This document shows, piece by piece, positions 36,701-50,800 of a DNA stretch of 64,000 nucleotides; the stretch's first letter is position 1, and each line of letters starts with the position of its first letter. The position numbers and the translations under genes were made by a program. The notes beneath the pieces were generated by a model. The model did no database searches, had not been told where the DNA came from, and saw only the letters and a program-made list of their open reading frames with translations. Origin of the DNA: Takakia lepidozioides (Eukaryota; Plantae; Bryophyta); NCBI GenBank assembly GCA_030704615.1, contig CM060732.1, positions 372,001-436,000 of the forward strand. The letters are read 5' to 3'.

Positions 36701-38200
36701 TTGCTTATACCGGAGCAGTCCATTTGCAAGTGGAACTGCGAATTAACCCCCATCCTCAAGTCCTGCATCACGGACTTGGCCAGCTCATCCTTCCGGCAAG
36801 CCTTTCGGATCTTCCTTTGGAGTGCCGTCTCGCCCTTGTACACCAACAAGAGCTGCTGCTTTCTACTTAAAGCATCGGCCACCACGTTGTCTCGTCCTGG
36901 TTGTACTGGATATCCACGTCGAACACCGCCAAAGTATCTTGCCACCTAAGTTGTTTTGGGGACAACTTGGGCTGCGTGGCAAAATACTTCACCGTGACAT
37001 TGTCCGTGAACACCTTCACTGGGTTGGAACCAACATAGTGGCGCCAAAGCTCGAGGCAATGCACCACCGCCTTCATCTCTTTTTCGTGCGTCGGCCACCG
37101 TCGCTCCACTTCATTCAGTTTCTTACTTTCGTAAGCCACTGGACGTCCATCTTGCATAAGTACATACCACCCCAATCGCGAAGTCTGACGCATCTGTATG
37201 AATCTCAAATGGACGATCGAACTCCGGGATTTTCAAGACTGGAGCTTCCGCCATCCGCTGCTTCAATTCAGCAAAAGCTTGGCCACAAAATGTATTCCAT
37301 TCCCAGACTTTGGATTTACACAGAAGGTCCGACAACGGCCCCGCGATCTTGGCGAAATTTCTCACATACTTCCGGTAATAGGAGGCGAGTCTTAGGAAGG
37401 ATCGCACTCCCGGGACCGAAGTCGGAGGCTCCCAGTCCAAGATCGCCCTCACCTTTCTGTCATCCATTTTGATCCCGTCCTGTGTAATCACATGCCCTAG
37501 GAACTCCTCTTTTGTGACCCCGAATTCGCACTTTGAAGCTTTGGCATACAGCTTCCCTTCTCGCAATTTTTGGAACACCCTTTTTAGGTGCTCCAGGTGT
37601 TCTTCCTTTGTTTTCGAGTACACCAAGATGTCGTCGATGTACATGATCACAAAGTCATCCAACCACTCCTGGAAAAGGTTGTTCATCAGCGTGCTAAATG
37701 TTGCTGGTGCATTGGTGAGCCCAAAAGGCATCACCAAGAACTCATATGAACCATACCTTGTCCTGCACGCGGTCTTCTCCTCATCTCTCTCCGCCACCCG
37801 AATTTGATGATAGCCGGAGCGCAAGTCGATCCGGCTGAAATACTTCGCTCCTGCCAACCGATCGAAGAGGTTGTCGATCCTTGGCAAAGGGTACCGGTTT
37901 TGATAGTCACCCTTATTCAGAGCCCTGTAATCGACACACATCCGCAGCGTCCCATCCTTCTTGTCTGCGAATAGCAACCGGGGCTCCGTAAGGTGGACTT
38001 ACTCGGCCGGAGTACCCCTTTGACATTAGATCCTTGAGCTGAGTCTTCAGCTCGACCAACTCCCTGTGGCTCAACCGGTAGGGTGCCTTGGCAGGCGGTT
38101 CCGTTCCGGTATCACCTCAATCTTGTGGTCAACTCCTCTTCGCGGTGGCAAGCCGCTTGGTAAATCCTCCGGCATCACATCCTGGTATTTCTCCAAAATC
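36700..38200 (-). pseudogene. pol: Reverse transcriptase-RNase H
   Basis: [41 protein letters not shown]. Confidence 0.95.
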
Positions 38201-38399
38201 CCCTTGATCCAATCTGGGCTCGGCTCCCCATCGTCTTCTCCCTTCATTTCTCTAATGTAAAGCAAAAACTGGGGTTCGTGTGCCTCCTCCACGGCCCACT
38301 CCCTTGCTGACAAAAGGTTTATTCGCCCTCCCACGGATTTGGGCGTTTCCAACACTCGTAAGACCTCGCCACCATTCCACATGGCAGCGTGACTACTCT

Positions 38400-39357
38400 C
38401 TTGCGGCCATCTATGACCGCTCCGGATTTGCTCAAAAAGTCATCCCCAAAATGAGATCTACTCCATCGATCTCGCAGATGGTGAAGTTCTCACGTCCCTC
38501 CCAACTCCCCAGTTGAAGAGGAACATCAAACGCCAACCTTGTCGCCAACTGTGGTTCTCCTTTGGCAGAACGCACCTCAATAGAGGCCCCCACGTCACTT
38601 GTCGGGAGTCCCAGCTTTTGTGCCGTTGCCGGTGTCATGAAGGAGTGCGACGCTCCTGTGTCCACCAACAACGACACGTTAGTTCCGGATATTATCCCAT
38701 CCACGAACAATAACTGACTCCCTTTTTGTAAGGCGCCAGTTTCCTGATACAACTCACAAGAAAATTTGCCTACCTTGCAAGTTCTGGCGACCACCGCTTC
38801 CACCAAGCGACTGATGGTATCTTCCGACAGCTCCGTGGTCACCCGAGTCATGTTCAATTGTCGGGGCTTCGTGCACTTCTTGGCCATGTGTCCGGGCTCC
38901 CCGCAATTGAAACACACTCCATCAAAGGTCGCCTTCTGTCCGCCATAAGCCGCTCCACCCGCTTTTCCTTTCGAAGCACCGGGTGCCGCCTTGACGTGTG
39001 AAGGCCCTCCCTTCTTTTTTCCACGTGCCATTGTCGCCGCGTGGCCTATCCCACTTCTTTTCCGGTCGGAAGGAGTCACCTTCTCGCCGGGTCTTCTTGT
39101 GGTTCAGCTCCGTACGGCCTTGTCTCTCACCCCTAGGGACATCCGAGAAACATTCAGCCCTCTCAATTGCCTCGTTCAAAGTCTTGGGTGGCTTCTCCTC
39201 CAACTTCCGCCTGGCCCATGGGCCAGTCCCCCCACAAAGTTGAAGACCATTTCTGGTTCTGCCATGTCCGCGACTTCGAGCAACAGCACATTGAAAGCCT
39301 GGACATACCCCCGAATGTCATCTGTTTGCTTCAAATTCCTCATCTTGTCCCGGGCAA
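38400..39357 (-). pseudogene. gag C-terminus, CCHC knuckle and aspartic protease
   Basis: CFNCGEPGHMAKKC; LLVDTGASHSF; DLILGMTF. Confidence 0.92.
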
Positions 39358-42300
39358 GAGGTTTGCTATTTCATGAGCATGAGCGGCATGAGCGGCATGA
39401 GCGGCATGAGCAGAGTAGTAACACAATCGGTTTTCATGAGCAGAAGTACAAATTTCGAAAATAAAAAACAATAAAAAACAATAATTTAATGCAATGTGTT
39501 AGGAAAAACAAATATATTATTCGGCCCCTTGAAGTGAAAATTGCACTTTTGACAGTTGTGCTCATGAAATTTCGTCTTCCGCTCATGCCAATTCCCAGCG
39601 ACATGTGCAAATATGGCGCCGAATTTCGCGGTAATAGGGTCCGTACCTGAAAAAAAAACGGCGACGTATTTCGCGGCAATAGGTCTGTCTGGCGAAAAAT
39701 GGTGCCGAATTCCGTGGCTATAGGTCCCCTCATGACAGGTAATTCGGCGCCATTTTTCCAGTGCATGTTCGGACTTAGCCATTTTCGGCCCAAAAAAGAG
39801 AAATTCGGCGCCATTTTTCCAGACCGGTACCAGTGCATGTTGGGACTTAGCCAGTTTTCGGCCCCAAAAGAGAAATTCGGCGCCATTTTCCCAAACACAG
39901 GTACCAATGCATGTTGGGACTTAGCGAGTTCGGCCCCAAAAAGAGAAATTCGGCGCCATTTTTCCAGAAATGGCCCCACAACTGCTTCTGTTGGATCTCA
40001 GTTTGAATGGAATATTGCTCATTCCAGGAGTTTTGGGGTGCATTTCATTACACTGCAAAAAAAAGTCTGATACAGCAAAATGCATTTGAAATATCCATAT
40101 GGAGGATTCCGTTTGCCCCATCAATGATTTCTGGAATCCCTAAGGAGGAGTTTGTGCAGCTCGTTCACGCTCAACGCCGGTGCATGAATAAAGTCATCAA
40201 TAGTCACGTTCATCCTCAACCTCTTCAGGTAAATGTAATACAGATGCTTGCACGGATAATACTTCGAACCCTTCTTTGCTTCCATCAACGAGAAGTCCGT
40301 ACAATTGCAAGTCGACTCCACTCCAATCGTAATTGTGTATACATCGTCGCGTACAGCCGAGCCGGCCGTTGCCATCCGATACACACGCCCAAGGCCGGGT
40401 GGGGGTACGTCCACGGAGCTCTGAATAGTGCAAGCCATCCCAAGAGCATTGGCAATCCGAGTCTCATTCAACTTTTGGGAGGGTGTCGTCTCTTCACTCT
40501 TCCGAATCGCATTGTGGGATGTGCAGAATTGTCCAATCCGTCTCTACTGGACCGATCAGTCTGCAATGGCTGGGTCTGAGGAACCGGAAATGCGTGGGCC
40601 GGGATGTCTGTGCGTTGCACCATTCGAAATCCTACTGCAGATAGAGCATCCGCCTCATTCTGAGAGAGGCTGCAACCCGGACGCCCGGAGGCTCCGGCAT
40701 TCCCTGAATCCCGTACTTGGGCTTGCCAAATACACAGGTCATTATGTCATGCCTACAGAACCAAAATGTCTGCGTTGTGGCGTGAGCAAATGTGGGAGTC
40801 AAAAATCTGCCGCTGAAACAAGGTGCAGGTACAGCACCGTGTGGGTTCCTCCGAATCATCTCACCACAGCGTGCTCTCGTATCCACCCGGATGGCGCAAC
40901 ACTTCCCTCGAAATGCCGGCAATGTCCTCGCAATTCTCCACTGTGACTCCGACACTCTTGTCTCCACAATGGGAATGTTGTATTGCTTTACTACAGATGG
41001 CTCGGTATGTTGCCGGGGCACGCGCCCTGTGCTCAAAGGAGATGGCGATCTTGAACGTGCAGGACTTCCGGTGCTCGACGAGACCTCCTCGGACAACATC
41101 ACCGGACCACGAGGGAGCGTGCGAATATTCTTGTCAGCTCGCCATGAATCCTCTTCTCCGCCAGGTGCCTCGTCAAGTCTTCGTCTCACGGGACGGGTAT
41201 GAACATCTCCTTCCCAATGTTGGCCTCTTCGCAGCAATGGCGTATCCCGAAGGCCCTCTCACAAGGCCGCGCCCACTTCCGAGGATTCTTCGATCTGGAG
41301 GCAGTCCGCATCAGCATTTCCTGCCTGTCCGGCCCCAAGCCCCACTGTTTCCCTTTCAAGAACTCGTTGTACCTGCATTGCTGCATAATTGACCTCACAA
41401 TGTCCTCCGTTGTGCAGTGAGGATGTCCACCAGATGCGCCGCAGAGGAGGCACGCCAGGAAGAGTGCACTGATTCGGCCATGTTTGTCGTGGGCATGTCG
41501 GTGTCGGAGTCGAGACACATTTCCTGCACAAGCACATGTTGAGGTTACAGCAAGTTTACAAATATGGCCAAGAATAATATCCAACGGGACGCGAATTCGT
41601 GCAACTCACCTCCCGCATATAGTCGCCGAACTGGAGGAAACGATAATGCCACCATGCTAGCCAACTGACCATTGCTCCTTCGTCTGATTTCCTTACAGCA
41701 CCTGACGATGTCCACCAAGCCCGTATGCATGCAAACTGTGTCTCTGCATCATCCAAGGTGGGAGCGCGCTTCCACGCAAGGCACATGGAACGGTGCTCCT
41801 CTCTGAAATCTGGCGCCACGAGCCTGGTTGTGTACTGCGAAAGGCTCTGCAAAAAATGGAACCCACAAGATCTCTCCTTGCCTTCCATGGGAACATTGGG
41901 GTCTTGCCCGTACACCCTCGGATGGCAGCCCAATTTGCTTGTGCGTTGTCCGCCATGAAACCACGGAAATTGGGAGGGGCAATCCCGCCTTGGCCATCTG
42001 TTCGTTTATTCCCTGCCAAAGAAGCATCTCCGATTGTGTGTCCTCTCCTTTCATCTCATAATAGCAATTGTCATTAGCATCCTGCAGTGGGTATCGTAGA
42101 CATGTGCACCCATTGTCACCCACTGGTGATTTGTAATTCGCTTGATATGGTCGAACATGACCCAACTGTTTGACAAGTTCCCACTCGTCATCCTGTCGAC
42201 CAGTTCGACGCCACTGCCAGGTCCACACGTGGACATTTTGAATACGAAACAACGATCTGCCTCAGTCCCTTGTCCTGGAAACCTACTTCCATGAATGTAG

Positions 42301-43456
42301 TCATATCCACATCGTCGCTCACTCCCAGAATGGAGTGCATATCCGAGCCACGCCCAATTTTCTGTTTGCATGAGACAATGTGGTTTCGGACATTCGGTGA
42401 ACATACGTGGGACACCGACTCCAGCAATGCCTCCATTCCTTCTCGTCGAGAGGAACTCTATCGGAGCCGTCTTCCGACATAATTCTGGCCAATGCCATCT
42501 TATGGGCGGCTTGGAGCTGTATCTGTTTGGGGTTTGGCACCCGGTCTCAACTTAACCTCCTCCTGAACGAGCTGCTGCTGCTTCGTGGGCAGCCTCCCGC
42601 GATTTCCCCCTCGCCAATTTGTGACAATGGGAACCAACGTGTATGCAAGCTCGGGTGAGGTCAGGAAAACGGTGCAACACATAGAACTGCTTGGCATTAC
42701 AAACAGACATGCAGTGTGGTGGTTCTTTGCAATGCGCACACTTAAATGTGGAGTTCGGAACCTTCTCCTGAGCTCGAAATGGTTGGTGAGCTGTGCCTGT
42801 CCAATTGGTCTCGTTCCTGTGACCTCTGGATTTAAAGTGGAAGCAAGTTGGGGAGAAACGTAGCGCACCCGCACACCATCGAGCATCTTCATGCTGGTGG
42901 TTTTGGTAACGCACCAAGGATGACCGTCATGTTTTCTATCCATATCTGTCAACATTCCGGACCCCTCGAGTAGTCCGCCGAGGAGGGAACTCAAAGAAGA
43001 TATTACCGTCGACGTTGCGGGAAGGCATGTAACCGATTTAATTGCGAACTTGCTGTAGTCCAGCCCGGCCAGCTCCGACCGGTCCCTCCAGGTGAAGCCC
43101 TCGCAGAATTTCTAGAATAGATCGAACTGCGGTGCTCGTGCTGGGAATATGACTCCCTCCTCCATAACGTCCATTGAGGACTTGCTGATCTCCAGGACGA
43201 CCCTCGAACTTCCATGACCTCATCTGAGTCGGACAGGTTGTGAACAACCCGGTCTCGGTCGTCTTCATGGATGGGTTCGGCTCTGGATTTACTTCGTTGC
43301 GGACTTCTCTCTTTGAGGTACCCACTCTCTGATTCGCGGATTGTTTCGTGGAAGGCGCCAGGATAGACGGTGCATTTGGCGGGCAAATGAAGTCCCCAAC
43401 AGCCCTGTATATGACGCTGTCCGATGGTGGAACTCGCCATTCCCTGCCATCGCCGA
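39358..43456 (-). mobile_element. MULE copy D (family A), left end present, truncated at 43456
   Basis: gaggtttgctatttcatgagc(atgagcggc)x3 at 39358; colinear with A 672-3990; inserted in the chromovirus gag. Confidence 0.9.
40121..43456 (-). pseudogene. Most complete MULE transposase: GCM/WRKY-like Zn domain, DDE with CxxH, SWIM
   Basis: DRKHDGHPW...RNETNWTG...CAHCKEPPHC...C...IHVGSHCH; MFDH; FMADNAQAN; RSCGFHF; PTTNMAESVH (41463-41500); CNCTDF...PCKH. Confidence 0.88.
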
Positions 43457-43566
43457 GCCGCCTATCAGAGTGGGAGGAAAACGAGGTACAAAGACAGATT
43501 GAGACTTTAATCTCACAAGGTAAGATGAGGGAAAGTAGTTCAGAGTGGTCATGTCCAGTCACCCTT
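43457..43566 (+). other. ~110-bp reverse-transcriptase fragment of an unrelated Ty3 element at a junction
   Basis: RLSEWEENEVQRQIETLISQGKMRESSSEWSCPVTL; absent from the parallel copy near 53060. Confidence 0.6.
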
Positions 43567-46500
43567 CCAGTTATAATGTGAAGCCGGAAGGGCGAGAAAC
43601 AGTCATGGACTTTGATGATTCTATGCCAGTAATCCAATTGAGAATTGGAAGCACAGAACTAACTGATGTACTGATAGATGGAGGTTCTGGAGTAAATATC
43701 ATGATAGACCAATTAAGCAAGAAGCTTGGTCTAAGTAACATGAAACCAGCCCCATTTACAGTAACAATGGCAGATCAAAGAAGTGTACAGCCATTGGGAT
43801 TAATAAGAGGAGTTAAGATACAGATACAGAAGATGATCTTTATGATCACAGTAACTGTATTGAAGATGGATAAAGTCATGGAGACTTACTCCTTATTATT
43901 GGGACGTCCGTGGCTGAAACAGGCCAGGGTATTCCATGACTGGAATTCTCAGTTACTAACCGTGCATAATGGGATACACGATACAAATTACCACAAAGAA
44001 ATCTAGTAGATTACCTGCTACAAGAAGACCTCGAGGAGTCAGAGAGTATGACTGGAAAGGAGGACTGGATGAGGAGCAGGAAGCTACCCTATTTGCTGCA
44101 CACCAGAGTGGGAGCAGGTTGCAGAGATGCGGCTGGAAAGCCTAAGTTGTTTGAGAGGTATCTGCTGTGGTGTAGTGACAGCAACACCAACTGAAGAAGA
44201 AACAGACATTTACCCATCACATTTCTATGAAGAAAGAGAAGGAGAAATAGAAATCCTAGAAGAACCAGCCACTGTGAGCTTACAGGATGAAGTGGTGACT
44301 GGTTGGACAATCACAGCTGATGAGCAGGTGAGATAAGTAAATGTGGGACCTAAAGAGGAACCGAGGATGGTGAAAGTAGGAGCTGATTTGGAGCCGGAAT
44401 TCTTCGAAGAAGCTAAAAGCTTGTTCATCAAATACAGAGATGTATTTGCTTGGAGCTATGAGGATCTAAAAGGGATACCACCTGAAGTCTGTCAGCATAA
44501 GATTGAACTGGAACCAGGGTCAGTACCAATCAGGCGAGGTATAGAATGAATCCCAACTACGCACAGAAGGTTGGAGAAGAGATAAAGAAGTTGGCTGAGG
44601 CTAAGTTTTATATACCCAATAGAGTATACAACTTGGTTGTCACCCATTGTTATAGTTCCCAAGAAGAATGGCAAACTAAGAGTATGTGTGAACTATAAGA
44701 AGCTGAATGCTTGTACGAAGAAAGATCGTTTCCCTTTGCCATTCACAGAAGCAGTATTAGACACTGTGGCAGGCCATGAGATGTACTCATTCATGGATGG
44801 CTTCAGTGGTTAATCAAGTGCAAATGGCAGAAGAAGACCAAGGGAAAACAGCTTTCATCACAGACTGGGGGGCTTATGCACAAAGTCATGCCCTTTGGAC
44901 TTTGTAATGCACCAGCGACCTTTCAGAGAGTGATAGTGAATCTTTTCATGAGTATCTGGATGATTTCATGCAGGTATTTTTGGATGATTTCAGTGTGTAC
45001 AGCTCTAAGAATGAGCACTTGCATAAATTGGAGTTATGTTTGGCCAGATGCAGGATGAGAGGTCTGGGCCTGAATCCAGAGAAGTGTACTTTCTATGTGA
45101 ACTCAGGGGTGCTTCTGGGACACATTGTGTGTAAGAAGGGACTCCTTGTGGATCCCAGAAAGACAGAGTCCATTAAAGCCTCTCCACCACCAGTGAATGT
45201 TAAAAGTCTAAGGAGATTCCTTGGGCAAAACCAGTTATTACAGAAGATTTGTCAAAAGGTATGCACAAGCAGCACCATTGAGCAAGCTTCTGAAGAAAGA
45301 TGCAGTGTTTGCCTGGACCGCTGAATGTCAGCAGGCGTTTGAGGAACTTACACTGTCAGTAACAACTACACCGGTGCTGATTAACCCTCACTGGCATGTA
45401 GTATTTCATGTTCACTGCGATGCATCAGGAGAAGCGTTGGGAGCGGTGTTTCCCAGATGTTACAGGAAATATAGATTCACCTGTGTACTATGCTAGCCGG
45501 TTGATGAACAGTGCTGAAAGGAACTATAGCACAACGGAAAGAGAAGCATTGGCAATGATCTATGCAGTGAAGAAATTCAGGCATTACCTGTTGGGCAAGA
45601 AGTTTTATGTTCTATGTGGATCACCAGGCTCTGATATACCTGGTAAACAAACCTCTGATAAGCGGAAGAATAACAAGATGGTTGATAATCTTGCACGAGT
45701 TTGAGTTCGAGGTTGTTTACAAGCCTGGAAGACTACATCTTGTGGCGGATCACTTGTCAAGGTTATCAACAGGAGAACCAGCCATAGGAATAGATGATCA
45801 ATTACCAGATGCGAGTCTCTTTGCAGGAGGTGCAGGGAAGTCAGATGACTGGTTAGATTGGCAGTGGCCAATCAGATACTACCTTGCCATGGTCAGTGCC
45901 CACCTAGTTCTGGTAAGGAGCAGAGGAAGAGAATCGCTATCAAAGCTTTACCTTATACTATGGGTAGGAAGCAGAATGTATAAGCTAGGACCTGATGGAG
46001 TACTAAAACGATGCTTGTACCACCATGAAGTAAATAAAGTCTTGGAGGAAGTTCATAAAGGAGTGGCTGGAGGTTATTTTGGAGAAGAGACTACCAGTAG
46101 GAAGATACTACTCGCAGGTTATGGGTGGCCTACTTTGTTCAAAGATGTACACGAGTATTGTCAGAGTTGTGATGAATGTCAGAGGCTAGGACCTTTGCAG
46201 AGATCTGGAAGGATGGCCTTGCATCCTACAATGCCTACGGAACCATTTCAGAAATGTGGACTAGACTTTGTTGGACCGATAAACCCACCAGCCAAGAATA
46301 CACGGAACAGGTACATAATTACAGCCACTGATTACTACGAAGTGGGTGGAAGCTCAAGCTTTGAGGGACAACACAGCCAAGTCCACAGCAAGGTTCCTGT
46401 ACGAGAACATTCTTATACGATTTGGCTGTCCCTTAGAATTTATCAGTGATCAGGGAAGTCACTTCATGAATGAGACCATTGAGTTGTTGACTAAAGAGTT

Positions 46501-47161
46501 CATGATTGTACATAGAAAGAGTACAACATATTACCCACAGGGTAATGGGCAGGCAGAGGCTACCAACAAAATACTATGTACTATCTTGGCTAAGATAGTC
46601 AATGCAAACAGAACGGATTGGGATACAAAGCTGCTGACAGCTTTGTGGTCATACAGGACTTCCTATAAAGTCACCACTAGTATACACCATTCCAATTAGT
46701 TTATGGTATGGAAGCCTTACTTCCAGTGGAATTCCTGTTACCTACCATGAGAACGGAGTGGGGAAAAAGAATGGAATTGCAAGATTCCATTAAGGTCAGG
46801 AAACATGAATTATACCATGTGGAAGAAGTACGTGCTGATGCAGCTGATAATATGACCAATTCAGATGAAGAGAAAGGAACAGTTTGATGAAGGCAAGTTA
46901 AAAACTTTTAAGACGGGAGATTTGGTTCTATGGTTGCAAAAAAAAGGAAAGATTAAAGCTTCTAAGCTTAAATCACCATGGAAAGGACCTTATGTCATAC
47001 AAAAAATGTATGATAACAACACCGCCATGTTACAAACCATTAACAAAGAAATGCTGGGAAGAGTCAATGCCAATAAGTTGAAGGGGTACAGTGGTATCCA
47101 TGACAAACCATGCAGCATGATTTGCATGTTGAAACGCAAGAGCAGTCACGGGCTGCACTAG
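43567..47161 (+). pseudogene. pol: Ty3 family 1 pol (PR-RT-RH-IN), copy 1
   Basis: VLIDGGSGVN, LLLGRPWL, MPFGLCNAP, FLDDF, CDAS, ERE, GLDFVGP, SDQG, PQGNGQAE, WKGPY. Confidence 0.95.
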
Positions 47162-47229
47162 TGTTACGAACGGAGTATGGAGCACTTGTCGCTAGGCCAA
47201 GCACATATGACCAGGGCGGCCAAAACAAG

Positions 47230-47470
47230 CGTGACACAACCTATCACAGCCCATCAAGGCGAACCACAGCCTATCACAGCCCATCAAGGCGAACCACAGC
47301 CTATCACAGCCAATCGAGGCAAAGCACAACCTATCACAGCCCATCACGACGTGACACAGCCTATCACAGCCCAGCACGCGCAACAACAGCCTAGCTTACC
47401 ACAGTGCATCACAGCGTATCAGCGTATCACAGTATGACACAGCCTGTCACACAGCTCAACACAGCCTACT
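47230..47470. repeat. 30-bp minisatellite downstream of integrase
   Basis: cctatcacagcccatcaaggcgaaccacag x~5; also at 56335-56570. Confidence 0.85.
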
Positions 47471-47899
47471 AGGGTTACACGATCCATAGAATCAGTGACA
47501 GGTGGACGCATAATAACTTCAGGAAAATGGCTGACGGAAGAAAAAACGGAAACTAGTTTAAAAATAGACACGTGGAAGGCAGGGCGCGACACACAGCTGA
47601 GAAGGAAGTGCAAGAACAGGTGTCATAAAGAAAGAGGACAAGACCGGCCGTCAAAAGGGATGAAAGGCGGGCCCATTAATGAATACGGAAAAAGGGAAAC
47701 GGAACGAACGGCAAGTACAGAAAAACGAAATTCTTGTCACATGGTTGATCCTAGTGGACTATCCAGCAGGGAAAGTCCACTAAAGAAAATAAAATCTAAA
47801 ATCCAGTCACAGCGGATACAGCCAATAGAAAACCAGAGAAAGAATCAAGAAAATGGAGGGAAATTGAGCGCAAGAGGCGGCGTCGTTCTGAGTAACGGG

Positions 47900-50800
47900 C
47901 GTCTCGACGGGACAGACCATCAATGCTATAGCTTGGAAACTATGGAGGAACTAACAGATTATATGCTCGCAATATTACTTACGCAGCATAGACACGAAAG
48001 AATAGAGCGGAGCTTTTCTCTTGAGCGATACTTGCAAGCCCCGCAAGCTTACAAGAAATTACCCATAGCTTTCTGTGGCAACCATACGTTTATGCTTTGT
48101 GCACTACAGGCATTTCTGCAGTTGTTACAGCCAAAACAGTTCGGTGAGTCTAAAATGAAGAGAGTGAGAGGAATGGAGGAATCAGGTGAAGAGCACCACA
48201 ATTCTGCAGAAAACAAACGATGCTACCCACCCCACAGCCATACATGAGGGAGGACTGAGATTGCAAGGATTGCAAAGCATAGATTGGACATTACACCATA
48301 GACAGTACATGTTACAATTTTTGCAGAACTTTGAGCCAAGGACAGGAACAACACGGTGAAGGGAGTTGAATTAATGATTACTCCCCTATACCTCCAGCAA
48401 TTGTTTCGATTGCCAGCAGGTCAGGTGCATGTGGAGGAACACAGGGCAAGACTGCAAATAGGGGACTTATTCCAGAAGGGAGTTTCTTTAAAACTCAGGG
48501 TTATGCTTGTACCAAGGCTGTGCACCCAGGGCTAAAGGAGGTAGGCCAGGTATTGAACGTCTGATTGCCATGAAACAGAACCAACAATATTTGAGCAGAT
48601 CCTTCACGGAGGAAATACTCAAAGCCCGGAAGGGACAAGAGGTACAATGGGCGGACATAATGTACAACGCAACTGGTGGAGGAGATGAAAAGATTACAAG
48701 GTACTACCGCAAAGTCTCCTATCATAGTGTCTGGCCCAATCATTGCTCAAATTCTTGATTCTGGCATATTTGATGCGCAAGAAAGAAAGGATGGGATGTT
48801 TGAGCCAGAAACCACTGCAATGGAAGAGCAAGGCTCTTCACACAGTGAGGGTGGACTAGCAGGGCAACTCAGACTGAGAGGCAGAGACGGGGAAAGACTG
48901 TAGTGGCGGATCCACTGGCTTCACGGATTCGCATGATATGTTTCCCAAGCTCATGTGCAGGAAGGGCACAGCAGCACAAGAAATGCTATTACTGGAAGCA
49001 GGACCTTCAGAGGGGAAGAGGAAGTTACTTCAGTATCACAACCATCATAGCCAGCTGATCGACTTGTCACAAGGTCACAAGTTGTCCATGCAGCTCAACC
49101 AGAAATAATTGATTTGGAAGAGAAGGGTTAGATATTCCAACTACAGAACAGATAGTGGCAGAAATGGAGAAGGGGGACCTTCTCTATGAATTCTGGTCTG
49201 GTCAAGGAGACAGAGATCCAGAGGTACAACAGTTGCCCAAGGGAAATCCTGAGGTGCATATAATACACACACCTGTGTCGGAGGTACCACAGGCGGAAGG
49301 TCATGACACTGTAGCACCGGTGATAGATGAAGTGGTTCAGGAAGAAAATCCGGTGGGACAATGGCCTGAGTGGTTCGTGAGACATCACACTGTTGAGGAT
49401 CAGGAGGAATAGCAGCAACCTCACCATGATGACCCTCAACAGGCAATGCTGATGAGTTCCATAGGCATGACACTTAATTTGTTGGGGACTTATGTCAAAT
49501 CCCATGTTCCAACTACCCAATTGACAGCCTTGAGAGAGGAACTCAGGAAGGAGTTTGAAGCTCGACTAGCCACTGAGTGTGCAAACAAGGTCGATGAAGA
49601 GGTCACTCTCAAGATGCAGCAGGACTTGGGAAATACAGAAGCGGCTTTGCAATTGGCCAAGGAACATTGATTGAGGCAGGCCTCGCGCAAGACCAGTTGC
49701 ACGAAGCACATAAGCAACAGCTATACCAAATGCAGGTGCAGCATGAAAGCAAGTTGCAAGAAGTGAATGCACTACATACGGAGTTGCAGACAGTGCATGA
49801 CAGGATGGCGATACAATGTGCTACATTCACAACTATGCTTGACCAATCTACAAAAGAAATAAACAGTCAAGCGGAAAAATGTACGAAGGCAGAAGAAGAG
49901 AATGTTGAGCAAGTGAAACTCATTGTCGATATGAAGAATACAATCTGTCGCAATGAGGATACTTTCAAGCAATACAGGCAGGTTGAAGCTGATCAAGAGA
50001 AGCACATCGTGGAGTTGCAACAAACGCTCATGGCCAATAGAATTGAAATCACGGTCACTAACGAGGCTTGGAAGGAAGCTAATAATCTACTTGCAAATTT
50101 GGTTGAACCTCAGGCGAAGCGCATGGAGGCTTTACACCAGCAGTTAGAAGTGTACAAGCTAAGAGAGGAGCAAAACTCTCAGGGGAACCACAAGCACTTG
50201 GTGGATAACAGCCTTATGCAGGTCTGGTTAGCACAAGGGCCAGTAGAGGGCAAAGCACCACGAAAGCTCACCCAAAGCGAGATGAATGAGCTCAGACTGC
50301 AAGTGCAGAACATTGCCACAACTACTATAGACAATGGCTTCTTATTTACAAGCCAGAACTTTGGCTTTTCAGTCTTCACAGGAGGTGCAGGAGATGCCAA
50401 TGATACAAGAGCCAGTACCACCAACACCACAACAAGTCACTGTACCAGTAGCTGAACCTGTTGTTACTACAACCACACCGCAGCCACCACAGCCTGAGGT
50501 ATGGGGCAATGCTGCTTTTAACCCACCTAAAACTCCAGCTGCAAGGGAATACAGTAGGGCTATGATTATGCCCTTCAACCAAATTCCCATCATGTTGGAT
50601 TTGGCTTGGAAAGAATTTAGTCCTCCGCAGTCATTCGCACTTACTACCAAATCATGCGTATTTGGCTGCCAGTGGCAACTAGGACTAAAGTTCTTCCGAA
50701 CAATCGACATATTGAAGATCATCACTTGCACAATACTGGCACGAGGCAGGTACCATGTTGAGGGAATTGATTGCTTTCCAGGTTGTACATGGACTCATTT

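Larger units (their letters stand above)
33753..39357 (-). mobile_element. Chromodomain-bearing Ty3/Gypsy element (chromovirus), 5' part cut by MULE D
   Basis: Order gag-CCHC-PR-RT-RH-IN-chromo, then polypurine tract and 3' LTR ending TGACA at 33753. Confidence 0.9.
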
